DNA of 64,000 nt from Podarcis tiliguerta (Eukaryota). Under the pieces are notes generated by a model that made no database searches, had not been told where the DNA came from, and saw only the letters and a list, made by a program, of their open reading frames with translations. The translations under genes and the position numbers were made by a program. The DNA is taken from NCBI GenBank assembly GCA_965153285.1, contig OZ229122.1; one strand, given 5' to 3'. Below, piece by piece: positions 37,017 to 50,227 of this stretch (the stretch's first letter is position 1; every line of letters starts with the position of its first letter).

Positions 37017-37555
37017 CTGGACTGTTCAAAGGCCTCTATATGAATAGAAGCCCTTGATCCCCCAGTGGCAAAGAAGCCAGGTATCAACACCTGGGCTGGC
37101 ATGGGCATGCCAAAGCCCACCAGGCCTGATACTATATTTGTAGCATCCTTCCATCCCTCCACTTATTTTAAGCTTTTTATATGCTTGAGGTGGCTGACCA
37201 GACAAGTACATGATTGCAGATGCTAATTTGATTCTTTTTTCAACTTTAAAATATACAATACTGTTTTTCTAGAACAAATGTGCATTCCCATCAAGGCAAC
37301 AGAATCAAATTGCATTTTCTTCCTGTAGTCAGGATAGTGCAGTGATTTAAGCGAGTTTAAATATCACAACTGCATGTCCTCTATTTTCTTATTTTATCAA
37401 GGTTGTTAAGCTGCTTTGTTTGTGCTTTTGCTCTAACAATGCTGGAATATTTAACCAATTGCAATGAATGAAGTGACGCAAGGTGGAGAGATGATACTCA
37501 TGGTCATATAAGGTGTCCCCACTTCCCGTAAGACCATTTAGTGCAAGGTCTAGAA

Positions 37556-37882
37556 CAGGGGTAGGCAACCTAAGGCCCGTGGGCAGAATGCGGCCCAATC
37601 TCCTTCTCAATCTGGTCCGCAGACAGTCCAGCAATCAGTGTGTTTTTACATGAGTAGAATGTGTTCTTTTATTTAAGATGCATCTCTGGGTTATTTGTGG
37701 GGCCTGCCAGGTGTTTTTACATGAGTAGAATGTGTGCTTTTATTTAAAATGCATCTCTGGGTTATTTGTGGGGCATAGGAATTCGTTCATTTTTATTTTT
37801 ATTTTCAAAATATAGTCCAGCCCACCACATGGTCTGAGGGATGGTGGACCGGCCTACAGCTGAAAAAGGTTGCTGACCCCTG
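37556..37882. mobile_element. Non-autonomous hAT DNA transposon
   Basis: TIRs CAGGGGTAGGCAACC / GGTTGCTGACCCCTG; perfect 8-bp TSD GTCTAGAA (37548-37555, 37883-37890). Confidence 0.92.
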
Positions 37883-38196
37883 GTCTAGAAGTACATAGCT
37901 GCACCACTGTGTGAACCTTCCTCCAGAAAGTAGTAATTGTGTAAGCCATCCATTTGAAATGCAATTGCAGGGGTAGAAAATGGTCAGAGCCAAACATCCT
38001 GCTTTCATACAAATTTAAACCATTTCCTTCCCTGCCTCACCTAAAAGTAGTTTTTCCTCAAACCAAGAACATCACCTTTGCAGAAGTAGTCCTCAAGCTG
38101 GGTATGACTGTCTTGATTGTATGTGTGCCCTGCCTCTGCTTAAAGCAAGGCACTCTCCACAAGTTGGTGATCCGCAGGATGTATTGTCTAGTCATA

Positions 38197-38549
38197 AAAG
38201 GTAAAGGTACCCCTGCCCTTTCGGACCAGTCTTGCCAGACTCTAGGGTTGTGCGCTCATCTCACTCTATAGGCCTGGAGCCAGTGCTGTCCGCAGACACT
38301 TCCGGGTCACATGGCCAGCGTGACAAGCTGCATCTGGCGAGCCAGCGCAGCACACGGAAACGGCGTTTACCTTCCCGCTGGTAAGCAGTCTCTATTTATC
38401 TACTTGCACCCGGAGGTGCTTTCAAACTGCTAGGTTGGCAGGCGCTGGGACCGAACGACGGGAGCGCACCCCCCCCCCACGGGGATTCGAACCGCCGACC
38501 ATGCGATCGGCAAGTCCTAGGCGCTGAAGTTTTACGCCACCCGCGTCCC
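38197..38549 (-). mobile_element. Full-length Sauria SINE
   Basis: 15-bp TSD TATTGTCTAGTCATA (38182-38196, 38552-38566). Confidence 0.95.
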
Positions 38550-41500
38550 TCTATTGTCTAGTCATAGACCACCCATTTAAACTCTCACTTTCTGAACTCT
38601 TAACTTCTGTGACCTAGTTCCTTATGAGGCTATCTATATATTTTGAGAGCTATGGTGTTATATACACAAATCTCTCCTGAAATTTATGTTCCCAATCACT
38701 TAAGAGGTTAAGTGAAATATTTCAAACTGCATGTGGTTTTCAAGACATTTTAAAAATAATGTTATGCTTGAAAGCCTGTTGGGCAATCACCTATTTTTAC
38801 ATCATGAATTGATACCATATGGGCTGTCCATTAAGCATTGTTTTCTTACTCCTCATGTCTGCTTGTCTCAATCAGGTCATTACAGTAATAATGAACACCC
38901 TCCCCTTCCTCCCTTCTCTTGTGGAAGAAAGCTAGTTGGTCTCTGTACCAGAATGAGAACATTTGTTAAGAATGTCTGTTCTGAAGGTGTGGCTCCTATG
39001 GAGAAAATAATCACTTAGCTCTGCAGCAAAGCAAACAATAGAGTACTGCTCAGTAGGCTGCCTCCTTATTTTTTGACAATGGCCTCGGTTTACAGCAAGA
39101 GAAAAACCAATACTTAATCGTTTCTATTCCACTCTAGTAGTGAAGAAGCCATGTTGATATAGTTGAGCATATGCACCTGTAACTCGTATACTGTCAGAAC
39201 TGAGAGGGGAATTGGTGAGATAGGAACAGGAGTAGGAACACTCTTTAAAATCAATGGGGTGGCAGCACTCCCTGGTCACTTAAGGAAAGCTCTGTGGCTG
39301 ATCTGACATTGCTGAAGTAGCATTAGATGTAAATCACCCAGGAATATAAAACCCAAAGATCTCTAAAGGGAAAGTCCAGCATGAAACAGATGAATTACAA
39401 TTCAATACATATGTTAATTGGATACCAATGCCAAGATGTTGGTGCTGTCATCAACACTGCCTTGTTAATTGGTCACTGTAATTATCTTGCTCTGAGGCAC
39501 TGTTCGTTATGAATTTCATTTCCATTTGACTTTGCTCCCCTCAGCCATGTGTTTGCCAGTGCTTACCAATTCACAATTACACCTCATGCATCAAATGAAT
39601 GGACTGCGGTCCACAAAATTTATAATAAATTTGTTAAATCATGAAGGTACCACAGAACACTCTTTGTTGTAACAAGTCTGACCCGCCCCCCGGATGTGAA
39701 ATCTGTTTCTGGTCAACATAGATGTCCTCACAACTGCTGTATTTGGGAATGTTGTGTGTGAGATTCATATTGATATAACTCAAAAGTCACAAATGCCCTT
39801 CAGGATCCAGACTGGTTAATTTCTAAAGGATGCTATACTGCAAGTGATTTAGATTTTGACTGTTAACTTGAACACTTTATCCAGGAAATTTTGGAGGGTA
39901 TTTGGATGGTAGTGAGTAATAATAATTGATTATTATTATTAATCAATTATTTATGCCTCCTTTAAAGAGCCCAAATTGTAGAGACAATTGGAATGCTAGA
40001 TCTCTGACAAGATTCCTTTTTAAATAGTTAGTTTGTTGCACGATACTATGATTCAGTGTTTGGGCTGCATGTACTTGCAGTGATGAAAGTGTTGTAATGC
40101 ATACACTTATGGGTAGGCTAGGATTCTAAACTGCACTGCCATTTCCTTGGAAGAATTGGTTATTCAAAACGATTTAATCCGAATAAGTGCACGGTATTTT
40201 GTATGTATGGAGCCCATCTCATCACACACCTCTTCTGTTTCAGTAACTCCCTTTTTGTAGTAATTCGCCACAACTCATATGTAAAGGCTCCTTTTCTGCA
40301 AACACGGTGTCTTTCTCACAGGAGCATATTTTGGGGGATTAAGCAAACTCCCACTTTAACCTGTGGTGGTAATTCTATGCAAGGAGTACACAGACTCTAC
40401 AACAGGTGTGGGGAAACATCTTGGCTCCATGGGCCAAATCCTTTTCAGGATCAGCTTCGCAGACTAAATTTGACAGGTGTGCAGGGTCATCCACCTTTTC
40501 AAGATACTTTGAAGTCCTGAAGAGGGGACTTCAAAACACCTTGCAAAGTGCTGCTGAAAGGGAGTGGTTCTGCATCCATTTACAGGGGGTGGTGTGCAAA
40601 TTTGCATGGTGTCACCTGCTAAAATGACAGTAAATAAGACTCTGTTTTTGCAGATGATTTTGATGCTCACTAGGACTGGGTGACAGAGGGATATATTGTC
40701 TAAAACCAGTTTGAAGTTTACATTGTGATAACTGTTTCATAATATTTGACCTGGTGGCAGCAGTCGCAGCTGTGGTTTGTGAAGCCTCATGGCAGCGGTG
40801 GCAGAAGTGCGGATGGCCTGCAAGGCCTTGTCGTGATGGTGGGAGGCAACAGCAGTAGCAGCCTATGAGACTTCTCTGGCAATAGCGGCAGTGGCAATTA
40901 AAGCAGTGGCCTGGTGGCAAAATCAGTAGCAGGCTGCAAGGCCTCACCACAGCGGTGGGAGACAGCAGCAGAAGTGGCAGTGGTCTGGCACCAGTGGCAC
41001 AGTCAGCATTCTTGGTTTAAGAACATTGCCCAGCCTTTAAGTTTTGTTTCTGAGGTGAATGTAAAGCCCTAGTTTGTAAATTAAGGACTTTTTTCTAATT
41101 ATACCTATTCAGCATTTAGCTTTCATTTAGGCTTTTAGTCACATGTGAATGTTGTGAGTCCTCCTTAACATGACTTATTGCCTGATATGCCCTCTTCCTT
41201 TCAGATTACACACATTCACAGCTAGTTAGAAACTAGCATTGTATAAAATATTACAATTTGATCCCAGTTAATTTCCAGATGCCACCTCCCTAGTGTGTAG
41301 CATGGTCCAACCTTTAATGACAGCTGTCCACTGTGTGATATAAGTACGAAGTTTAGCACAAAGAGTAATACCAAGAAATCATATTGGATTAAATCAAATT
41401 ATACCCTTGTGTATGTGCATTGCAGTGTTTAATTGAACATCTCTATTTTGACTAGAAAGGTAATTATACCACCCCAAATCATCAATTGATTAAATGATGA

Positions 41501-41945
41501 CATTTTTCTAAACCCAGTAGTACTTGAATTACAGGGGTGCATAATTTCATGTCTATGTTCAAGGGTCTCCGTGGCCCTGGTGCCTGGATCTCTCTATTTT
41601 GGACTGTATTACTCTAAATAGATCCCCCAGCACAAGGATTTGCCCTTGCACAAATGAACTTCCCAATTTCTCTCCCTGCACCCTGCGGGAGGTTCTGTTG
41701 CACAATCAGAAATCCTTGCACTAGCAGATCTGTTTAATTGGCTACAGCCCCATGAGTGTCTGGCTATGTGCCACATTGTAGCAATGATTTGCTATTCAAA
41801 AGCTGTGTTAAAAAGTATTGTCCAGTATCTGATCATGGGACAAAGGCCAGTCTGACCTTTGACCAGCTGCTGTGTGCTATCCCTGAACAGATTCAGTGGC
41901 ATTAGAAGTGTGAACTTGTGGTGGTTAAGGGAAAACTGTGGGCTA

Positions 41946-42622
41946 TATATTTATAAAAATACTTGTATGCCACTGTTCATTTTTTAAGAAATCTAAAGTG
42001 GTTTATAACGCGCGCACACACACATATGCAAAAACACGTAAAAAAATGCCAGAAATAATCAGTTAACTATTACAGGAATCTGTTTTCTTAATTGTATCCA
42101 TATGCTTGGTGGCATAGAAATGTTTTCAGCAGATACTTAAAGGTTAAAGCGGAAGGCACCTGCTGAATCTCTTTTTGGAAGATGATGCTAAAGGCTCAGT
42201 GTCATGTCACTGTCAGATGAGCCTCACCAACTCAGGGGATGACCAGTGACACTCCTGCAGATGATCTTAGTAATCGAGTTGGGATATTAAGGGTTCAGAC
42301 AATCCCTAAGTACCCTGGACCTAAGTGGTGCAGGGCTTTGAAAATTAATACAAGGACCTTGAACTTGGCTCAGTAGTAGATGGGTAGCCAGGGGAGATGT
42401 TTTAACAATGATGCCACATGTTGTTGGTCATTTGCTCCATCAGCTGACTGGCCACCACATTTTGTACCAGCTGGAGCTTCTGAACCAGGTCCAAGGGCAT
42501 CCTCATATAGAAGCTTTGCAGTAATCTAGCTTTGAGGTTGCCAGTGCATGGACTGCCATGGTCAGGCTATCCATGTCCAGGAATGGTCATAGCTGGCAAG
42601 CAGGCCAAGCTGGTAATAATGA
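41946..42622 (-). mobile_element. L2 LINE 3' fragment, decayed
   Basis: Minus-strand remnants AVHALATSKLDYC, QKLQLVQN, WLPI...KFKVLVLIFKALHHLGPGYLRD typical of the L2 RT C-terminus. Confidence 0.85.
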
Positions 42623-43539
42623 GGTGGCAGGAATGGACCTCACTTGGATGAAAAGTTGTAGCAATGCCAATCAAACAGCCCGGTAAAAGGTTTATTTCCT
42701 CATAGTGACAGTGGAGTAGAAATCTGTGGATTTCACCACCTCTGAGTGCAAGGTTTTGTACAGCTGGGGCTTTACCATTCTGTGTCTCCTTCGCTGGAAG
42801 GCTTAACTCATGGCCTTCTATGACAGGTTCTGTGGATGAAATCATTTGCATCCATTCCAAATTGATTCCACCCATTTTTCTGAGTCAACCACATGGGTGC
42901 TTGGGTAGGTTTTATTGGACGAGTTCCAAGTGCTTGCGAGCCAAGGATGTGAATGGGGCTTTTGGATCAGTACATTTGACGTGCCTATCTGACCCCTATC
43001 CATCATGGCTAGTGATAAAGAGCCTGGGGAAGCCAATGTTCAGCTTGCTTTTATGACCAAGAATAATCAAAAAGGCCAAGCAATTCCAGACTCATCAAGA
43101 TGACTTTGCTTAACATGACCCTCTTCAGTCAGTTTTGTTGCTGGAGTTTGGGACCCCTACTAATTTTATTACCATAGCTGATGATATTTGCTGGGAGAAA
43201 GATAAGTTGATTTTCCTTAATTTCTCAGCAATTTTTGGTACCATCTATCAGAAGTCCACGAATTTTGCTTGTCATTAACCAGCCAAGATTTGTGTTCACC
43301 ACTAACTGTCTTCACTTAAGGTGGGTGGGGTCCTAACTGGCAACATGCGGACCTAGAGGTGCACTCTGGCTGCAGTTGGTGAAACCCTGTCCTCTGCCTC
43401 CCCTAACATAATGAGTCTCTGAGATGTTCAGAAAGCAGCAAGACACCTTGCTGCTTCACAGAGGACTCCAAAACTTTGCATGCCATCGGCAAGAGTTCTG
43501 TCCTTTAGGTTTGGAGAAGGATGGGGACTCACCCTGATA

Positions 43540-43904
43540 CAGTGGTGCCCCGCAAGACGAATGCCTCGCAAGACGGAAAACCCGCAAGACGAAAGGGTTT
43601 TCCGTCTGCAGAGGCGCTTCGCAAGACGAATTTCCCTATGGGCTTGCTTAGCAAGACGAAAAATGACGAAAAAATCGATTTTTTTTTTTTGCTCCAAAAC
43701 CCCTTATTCTGAATCGCTAAGCTGCTAAAAGCATTTTAGCAGCAAAACCGCTAATCCCCCCCCTAAAAAAGCCGGTTTTAGCCCTTTTTTAGCCAATAGC
43801 GCTAATAGCGCTACTCCGTCAATGGGCTTGCTTCGCAAGACGAAAAAACCGCAAGACGAAAAGACTCCCGGAACGGATTCTTTTTGTCTTGCGAGGCACC
43901 ACTG
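43540..43904. mobile_element. Tc1/mariner-superfamily (Tigger/pogo-like) MITE
   Basis: TA TSDs; TIRs CAGTGGTGCCCCGCAAGAC / GTCTTGCGAGGCACCACTG. Confidence 0.92.
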
Positions 43905-44957
43905 TACTGATTGGAAGATGTATATGCCAGTGTGAATAATGAGCATGTTTGTGAACTGTTGCCATTGATGATTGTATCCCTTTGAACTGGACGTATAGGT
44001 TGTAAGTGGGGTCACTGCACTGCAGTGGTTTTCCTTAAACCTTTTCTCCTACCTTGATGGGTGATATTGGGGATTGTTGTTTCTGCCTTTGGGTAGCACT
44101 CTCTTAAGGGTCAATCCTTTGTATTGTTTTTATTGTTCTGTATTAGTTAACTCTTCATCTTTGTTAATTGAAAAGCAGACTACATATCCTTTTAACAAAC
44201 CCATGCTTACATTGAATTATGGCATGCACAAAACCCTAGTAATTATGTTTTTAAAGGAACATTTTAACCTGTGGAGTGTATTTATCATTTTTAAATACAC
44301 ACACACAATGGAACCAGGATTTCAAAACCCCATTTAAGTATGTACATCCTCATTCACCATGCCGGCTTAACCTTAGCCGCAAAAAGTCAGCCTGAAAAGG
44401 AAAGTCTTAAAATGCTTCTGGAAGATGTTCAAGCTCTTACTTTGGCAGTTCTCCAGGAAGAGGGCAGTTGTGAAGATCTCTTTCCTTTTGTGCCCTTTTC
44501 ATGCTGCTGCATTGGATCAGATCACTATACAATAGAAAAAACATTATCAGTTCATCATGAGAATTGTGGTGTGACATTACATATCTTTGATGGGTTAGAA
44601 TTAATGTTGTTTTATTTCATTATAAATAATTTTCAGGTATTAATAAAGGTAACAGTTTCTCGAATCCAAGTGCAATTTTTTTCCCTAAATTTCATCAGAC
44701 TTTGAACTGAACATTGACAACATTTTGGCACTGGAGTTTTTTTTCTGAAAGAGGGTAGGTATACCTCACTTGGTTGGTCATGCTTGTCAACTGATCAGCA
44801 CTTTCAGTCCTTTTATATTCCTCACACTTACAAATTTAGGGAGAATGGCGAAAGGGCTTTGGTTTGTATCCAGCTAGATTATGAGTATACCCATTGAAAT
44901 TAATGGACCCAAGTATTTTCAGTGGATCTACTCTGTGTTTGACTAGCATTAGATATA

Positions 44958-45321
44958 AAGGTAAAGGTAAAGGTACCCCTGCCCGTACGGGCCAGTCTTG
45001 ACAGACTCTAGGGTTGTGCGCCCATCGCACTCAAAGAGGCCGAGGGCCAGCGCTGTCCGAAGACACTTCCGGGTCACGTGGCCAGCGTGACATTGCTGCT
45101 CTGGCGAGCCAGAGCCGCACACGGAAACGCCGTTTACCTTCCCGCTAGTAAGCGGTCCCTATTTATCTACTTGCACCCAGGGGTGCTTTCAAACTGCTAG
45201 GTTGGCAGGCGCTGGGACCGAACAGCGGGAGCACACCCCGCCGCGGGGATTCGAGCCGCCGACCTTTCAATCGACAAGCCCTAGGTACTGAGGCTTTAAC
45301 CCACAGCGCCACCCGCGTCCC
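44958..45321 (-). mobile_element. Full-length Sauria SINE
   Basis: TSD TAGCATTAGATATA (44944-44957, 45322-45335). Confidence 0.95.
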
Positions 45322-47023
45322 TAGCATTAGATATATCCCTTTCTAATTGTTGTAAAGAGGGTGTTCTCTGTGCCCCCAACTCTGCATTTGTGGAATGCTA
45401 TCTGCAGGGACTTGGTCGGTCTTCCGTCTCCAAGCAAATACATTTCTTATTCTGGGCTTTCGGGTAGTGTAAAGTTGTAGAGAAAAGAATACACACACCC
45501 CCAATGGTGGAACCAAAAAGTGCAGAGAAAACAGTGTCGGAACCCACTGGTGGGTGATTTGGATGAACACTTTCATTATATTTTGTTGTAATAGATTTTT
45601 ATCGTATGTGGTATGTTACCCCTGTAAATTGCTTCAGGATTCTTTTCGTGTGTAGACAGTCATAAATCTAATTAATCTCATACAGTAGATCAATAAAGTA
45701 CTAAGATTACTCCTCAGACTTGTTGCCCAACCTTTTCCCTTTTCTAATTGCTACCATGTGCCCATCTCTCAGTCGGACAACATTCCTGTCTTGTTTGTGA
45801 AATACAGGTTGCATTCCTTATACACAGTGATTGCTTAATGCTTTGTACAATACTTTTAGTCATCTTGGTTCTTAAATAGCAGGAGAGTTCACACCATTGT
45901 TAGAACACCTACGGTACTAGAAGCAGCAATGCTCTGACACCAATATAGTTTGCATATCTGTGCTGGTGTTCTGGTATTCTGAATTGTTAATAGCACTCCT
46001 TCAGATCTTCTGGGTATCCCAGAGGAGCCAGTGTTTGTGTGGACAGTTGTTGCATTCAGAATGACTAGTCCCACAATAGCAATGGGGGTAGGGAAGAGAA
46101 TGCATGAGTGTTACCCCTATAAAAATTGGCAGTATGCTGTAATGGATAGACTGTTGGGCTTGGTCTATGGGGCCTTTGTTCACATCCCTTTGCAGTCATG
46201 AGGCTTAGTGAGCAGCTTTAGACAAGGCATTATTACTTGGCCTGACCTAACTCTCAGTACGGCTGTGAGGATAAAATAGGATAATCTCAAAGTACTTGAA
46301 GCGGGAATGATTCACAATTTTGATACATACTTTTCACCACCCCAATAACTATACTCATTTTCTTTTTGTCACAGGAGTGGAAATATTCTTCCTTAATGTT
46401 TAACTGTGATCTGGGGTGAATGTTAAAGGAGAACTCTTGGGCAAATTTTGTTGAGGGTTTGAAACAAAGCAGGGGAGATTACAACCCTTTAAGTCAGCCT
46501 TTTTTGTGGGTGGGTGTGGGTGTTTTAGGGTGAGCAAAAACCATTGGCCTTTGTTTTGCTCTTCTTGTGAATTACATTTCCACCCATAAGAACCTGAGAT
46601 CTATCTTGCATGATGATGTTAGTTTCTCACAAGGACTTCCAGGTTAAAAAGAGATAAATTGCAACAGCTTTCTCTCTCTCTCTGCTTGTTACTACATGGT
46701 TATATGTTACCTAAGACAAGAAGTGCAGGATTCCCACTGTCTTGTGGTTGTCTACTCAGGAGCAGGCAAACAGCCAGCTGAATTCCAAGTGTCTTGCTTG
46801 GCAACTTCATCCTATCTCCCTCATGTTTTACCAGGCATTTTAAGAGCCAACAGTGGAGCAGCGGTTGGGACAACCATCCTCTTGAGTGTGTTAACAAACC
46901 AGCACAGCTCAGAAATCCAGTTAAGCAGTTTATTCAAAAGGCGTATCAGCAATGGAGGGTGGTGGAGAAAAATTGAGTATGTGCAATCAAAATGAAAATA
47001 CCAGAATATTGGTCTAACTGGTC

Positions 47024-47783
47024 TAGGGGTGGACAACATCAGCTTTTCAACATTGTGGTGTATCGTCAGCCAAACACTGAGGTTTGACAGTATACTGCAG
47101 TGTTGAAAAAACTAGGTGCATTGACCTCTGCCTGCAAGACACCGGGTGAAACCTCCTCAGTTCTCGCCTCAAAAGCTGAGGCGGTTTCACCCAGGCTCAC
47201 AGGCTGGCACAATGCTGCTTGTTTGTGCAGCTCAGCTGGGGAGAAGGAAGGTTCTCCCCCCATCTGAGACAGCCCAGGTGTTCTTGCTGCTCACATGCAA
47301 GCGGGCAGAGCATTGGGGCTCCTTTAACTGCTCACTGTGGGGAGCAGCCACCGCATTCCCCTCAGCTGAGCAGTTTCACGGAGCCCCCACCCCACAGCTG
47401 GCTTGTGGGAGCCAGCGACGGCCTGGAGGCTTCTTTAACTGCTCTACTGAGGCAAGGGCAGCTCTACATTGAAGCAGTTAAAAAATGTAGATGGAGGAAC
47501 AAGCTGTATTGGTGCCTCGCCGCTACAGCTTGTTTATCCCTCTCTGTTGTATGAGGGCAGTGTGGGATGGCGGTTTCACTCAGTGATATATCACTGGTGA
47601 AACCACCATCGCTCCTGAGTCCCTCTGCTAGCAGCGCCTGACTTCCCCCAGCAGACGCTGCTAGCAGAGGAACTTTGGAGCAGTGGCAGTTTCACCAGCG
47701 ATATACCGCTGAGCAAACCTGACATTGCGGCCTGCTCCTCACACTGGTCCTGGGCAATATATCGATAATATTGCCCAGGCCTA
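47024..47783. mobile_element. Probable non-autonomous hAT (Tip100-like TAGG termini) element with hairpin-rich right arm
   Basis: Ends TAGGGGTGGACAACAT vs revcomp TAGGCCTGGGCAATAT (12/16); flanks AACTGGTC/AACTTTGC; GC-richer than surroundings. Confidence 0.6.
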
Positions 47784-47872
47784 AACTTTGCAAAACTAAC
47801 ATAAGAAGACATATTCTTATTTGTCCCCTCTAGTGTTGGCAGTTTTTGGCATAGACTGCAGGCTGATGGATC

Positions 47873-48186
47873 ATAAGAGCATAAGAGGGATCAGGCCGAT
47901 GGCCCATCTAGTACAGTATCCTGTTCTCACAATGTCTGAACAAAAGCCTGTGGGAAACCAGCAAGCAGGATTTGAGCACAATAGCAATCTCCTCTCCTGT
48001 GGTTTCCAGCAATAGGTATTCAGAAGCATTGCTCCAATTGTGGAGGCAGAGCATTGCCATCATGGCTAAAAGCCATCAATAACCCTCTCCTTCATAAATT
48101 TGCCAAAAGCTATTTTAAAACAATTTAAGTTGGTGGCCGCCACTTGCTCTTATGGGAGTGAGTTCCATAATTTAACTATGTGCTGT
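47873..48186 (-). mobile_element. CR1 LINE 3' end
   Basis: Minus strand QHIVKLWNSLP*EQVAATNLNCFKIAFGKFMKERVIDGF* = CR1 ORF2 C-terminus, followed by 3'UTR and short tandem tail. Confidence 0.85.
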
Positions 48187-50182
48187 CTAGGCCTGGGTAT
48201 CAATGCCACAGTTTTTGCCTGACTCGCTTGCCCTCTTTTTCCTTCCCGGGTAGTTGCCCTATGTTGACCCCATTGAAATGCCAGTATTCAATCTGCTCTA
48301 CAGCACTGGGCCTGAATTGCTTATTGTTCCCAAAGAATTAACAACATGGTACAAGCAGGGCAATGGCTCAGGAGTGAGGCAAGGTGCTTCATGGATTCTT
48401 CCCTCATCTTTTTCTGACCTTGTTGTTGTTGCTTCCCAACACACACACCATAATTTCAGGAAGCCTACGGAAGTTGTAGAGAAGGGGTTTGGTATCAGTG
48501 TTAGAAAGTGAGATATGAAAGCTAGGAGCTAAATGGCACCTTAAACCTAGGTTATAGGCGCAACAACGGAATGCCTAGGTACTCTTTTTTTTATAACAAG
48601 AATACAAAGCTGAAAACCAATGAACTGCAGCTAAAATATTATGTTCATTTTTCAAATGGTCTAGTCCTTCCCCTGCCCACCCCTCTAATATTCTTAAGAA
48701 TATTAAGTCTTCAGAGAGTAGCTGGAAGTGGGGAGGCATAAAACGGTCCTCCTTTCCTTCCACTCTGCAGTTTTAGTCTGAAATCGTAGGCGCAGTACTG
48801 CGTCCAGAGCTCAGAAACTGCTCACGCTAATGAAATTCTCTATTGCAAAATGTGCCCAGAAGAATGGGAGTTTCAAGCACTGTTTGGTATATGTAATTGG
48901 CCATCCATCAGTTCCTGTTCCTCGGGCCTAATAACGCCTGTGCTTGGAGCAGATATCAGACTTTTAATGATGGTATTCATGAGTGTGGTGACTGTGGCAG
49001 TCTGCAGATACACATTTCCCAGAGAGAACACAGTTTATAAAGTGAGCTGTAAAAAGGAAAGTGAAGAAAAGAAAATAGAAGTCCTTGGACAGCAGGGAAG
49101 CTTCTAAAGAAAGCTCACCCAGTCTGAACTGTTTGTATTATTTATAAATTGCTGTGGACAATATTCTCCATGCAGCTCCTCCCAGAGGAATGGTGGTTTT
49201 TTAAATACAATTTGTGGAAGAACTATTTCAGCATCATAAACAGAAATACAGAATCTTGTTACTCCCTGTGTGCATGTTGGGTGACTAATAGCAGGCAAAA
49301 TGTATTTTTCTTTTTAGACTTCTAGTCCAAGCCAATTCCTAAGGCTCAGGATGGGTTATAGTTAGTGATTTAAGTGTCACATACAAATTAAGTTCTGATG
49401 CAGGCACAACACTGGTTCCCTGCAAAGCATGATTTGTAAATCAGGAACTAGCCATGGGAGTGCATATTCCATCCTTTCCCTTGTTGACTTAGCTGTGGCT
49501 TATATCTCACTGATGCAGTTAGGATGTGTAAAACTACTTCGACCTCTCGTTTCAAATCCTAGTTAGCAAGAGAACCCTGATTAGATGGAAGCATGTGTCC
49601 CCAAGGCTGTGCCCTTCTTTTGCAGACCATGTGCATTTCCCTTATATTTTCTGGAAACCAAGTAGTGGAAACTAAGCAATAACTTCATTGATCTCAGATG
49701 TTGCCATTTGTACATGGTGGAAGAGGCAGTCTCTTTTTGTACTCAAAGGCGACAGAGTTCATTAGCTTGACTTTATGGCAGCAAGAATAATCATGGTTGC
49801 TCTTTTGGAACTGGTACTCCATGGTAGGATTTAAGTTTGGCAAAAAAATATGCAAGCTATTTTATGGTCTGATGTCTACCATGCACATTCTTGGTGAAAG
49901 GCCTCTTCAACTCAATGTATTTCTATATATGCCCAGGATACCTTGTATTTCACTTGTATCCTTTCAGTCTATAAATATTTTGGAGTGTTTGGAAGTTCTC
50001 TTTGAAGTAAAAGATATAGATACAGTACTGGAACTGGAATAAAAAATGGATCACAAAAGTGTTTGAGCTGTTCTGCATCTGCAATGCACTTGACCCAGCA
50101 TCTCAGGAAAACTTTTGCAGCAAGAGAGTGTTACAGTGGAAAACTATTTACTTATAATTGACTAGAAATATATATAAAAGTT

Positions 50183-50227
50183 CTGGTCCATGGGATCACG
50201 AAGAGTCAGACACGACTAAACAACAAA
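50183..50227 (+). mobile_element. 45-bp extremely 5'-truncated BovB insertion
   Basis: CTGGTCCATGGGATCACGAAGAGTCAGACACGACTAAACAAC matches 3' end of the BovB at 27756; 13-bp TSD ATATATAAAAGTT (50170-50182, 50228-50240). Confidence 0.88.

Noticed and set aside
40750-41005. GGCAGC-rich stretch with a 112-aa Cys/His-rich minus ORF
   Set aside because: Degenerate low-complexity repeat, probably inside an old transposon; no termini or splice signals I can support
43552-43860. Regularly recurring GCAAGACGAA resembling a CRISPR or iteron array
   Set aside because: Eukaryotic context, irregular spacing, enclosed by TIRs and TA TSDs: a MITE
48760-49100. Repeat-free, CpG-retaining intronic segment that looks like a conserved enhancer
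   Set aside because: Conservation cannot be judged from one sequence; needs a multi-species alignment
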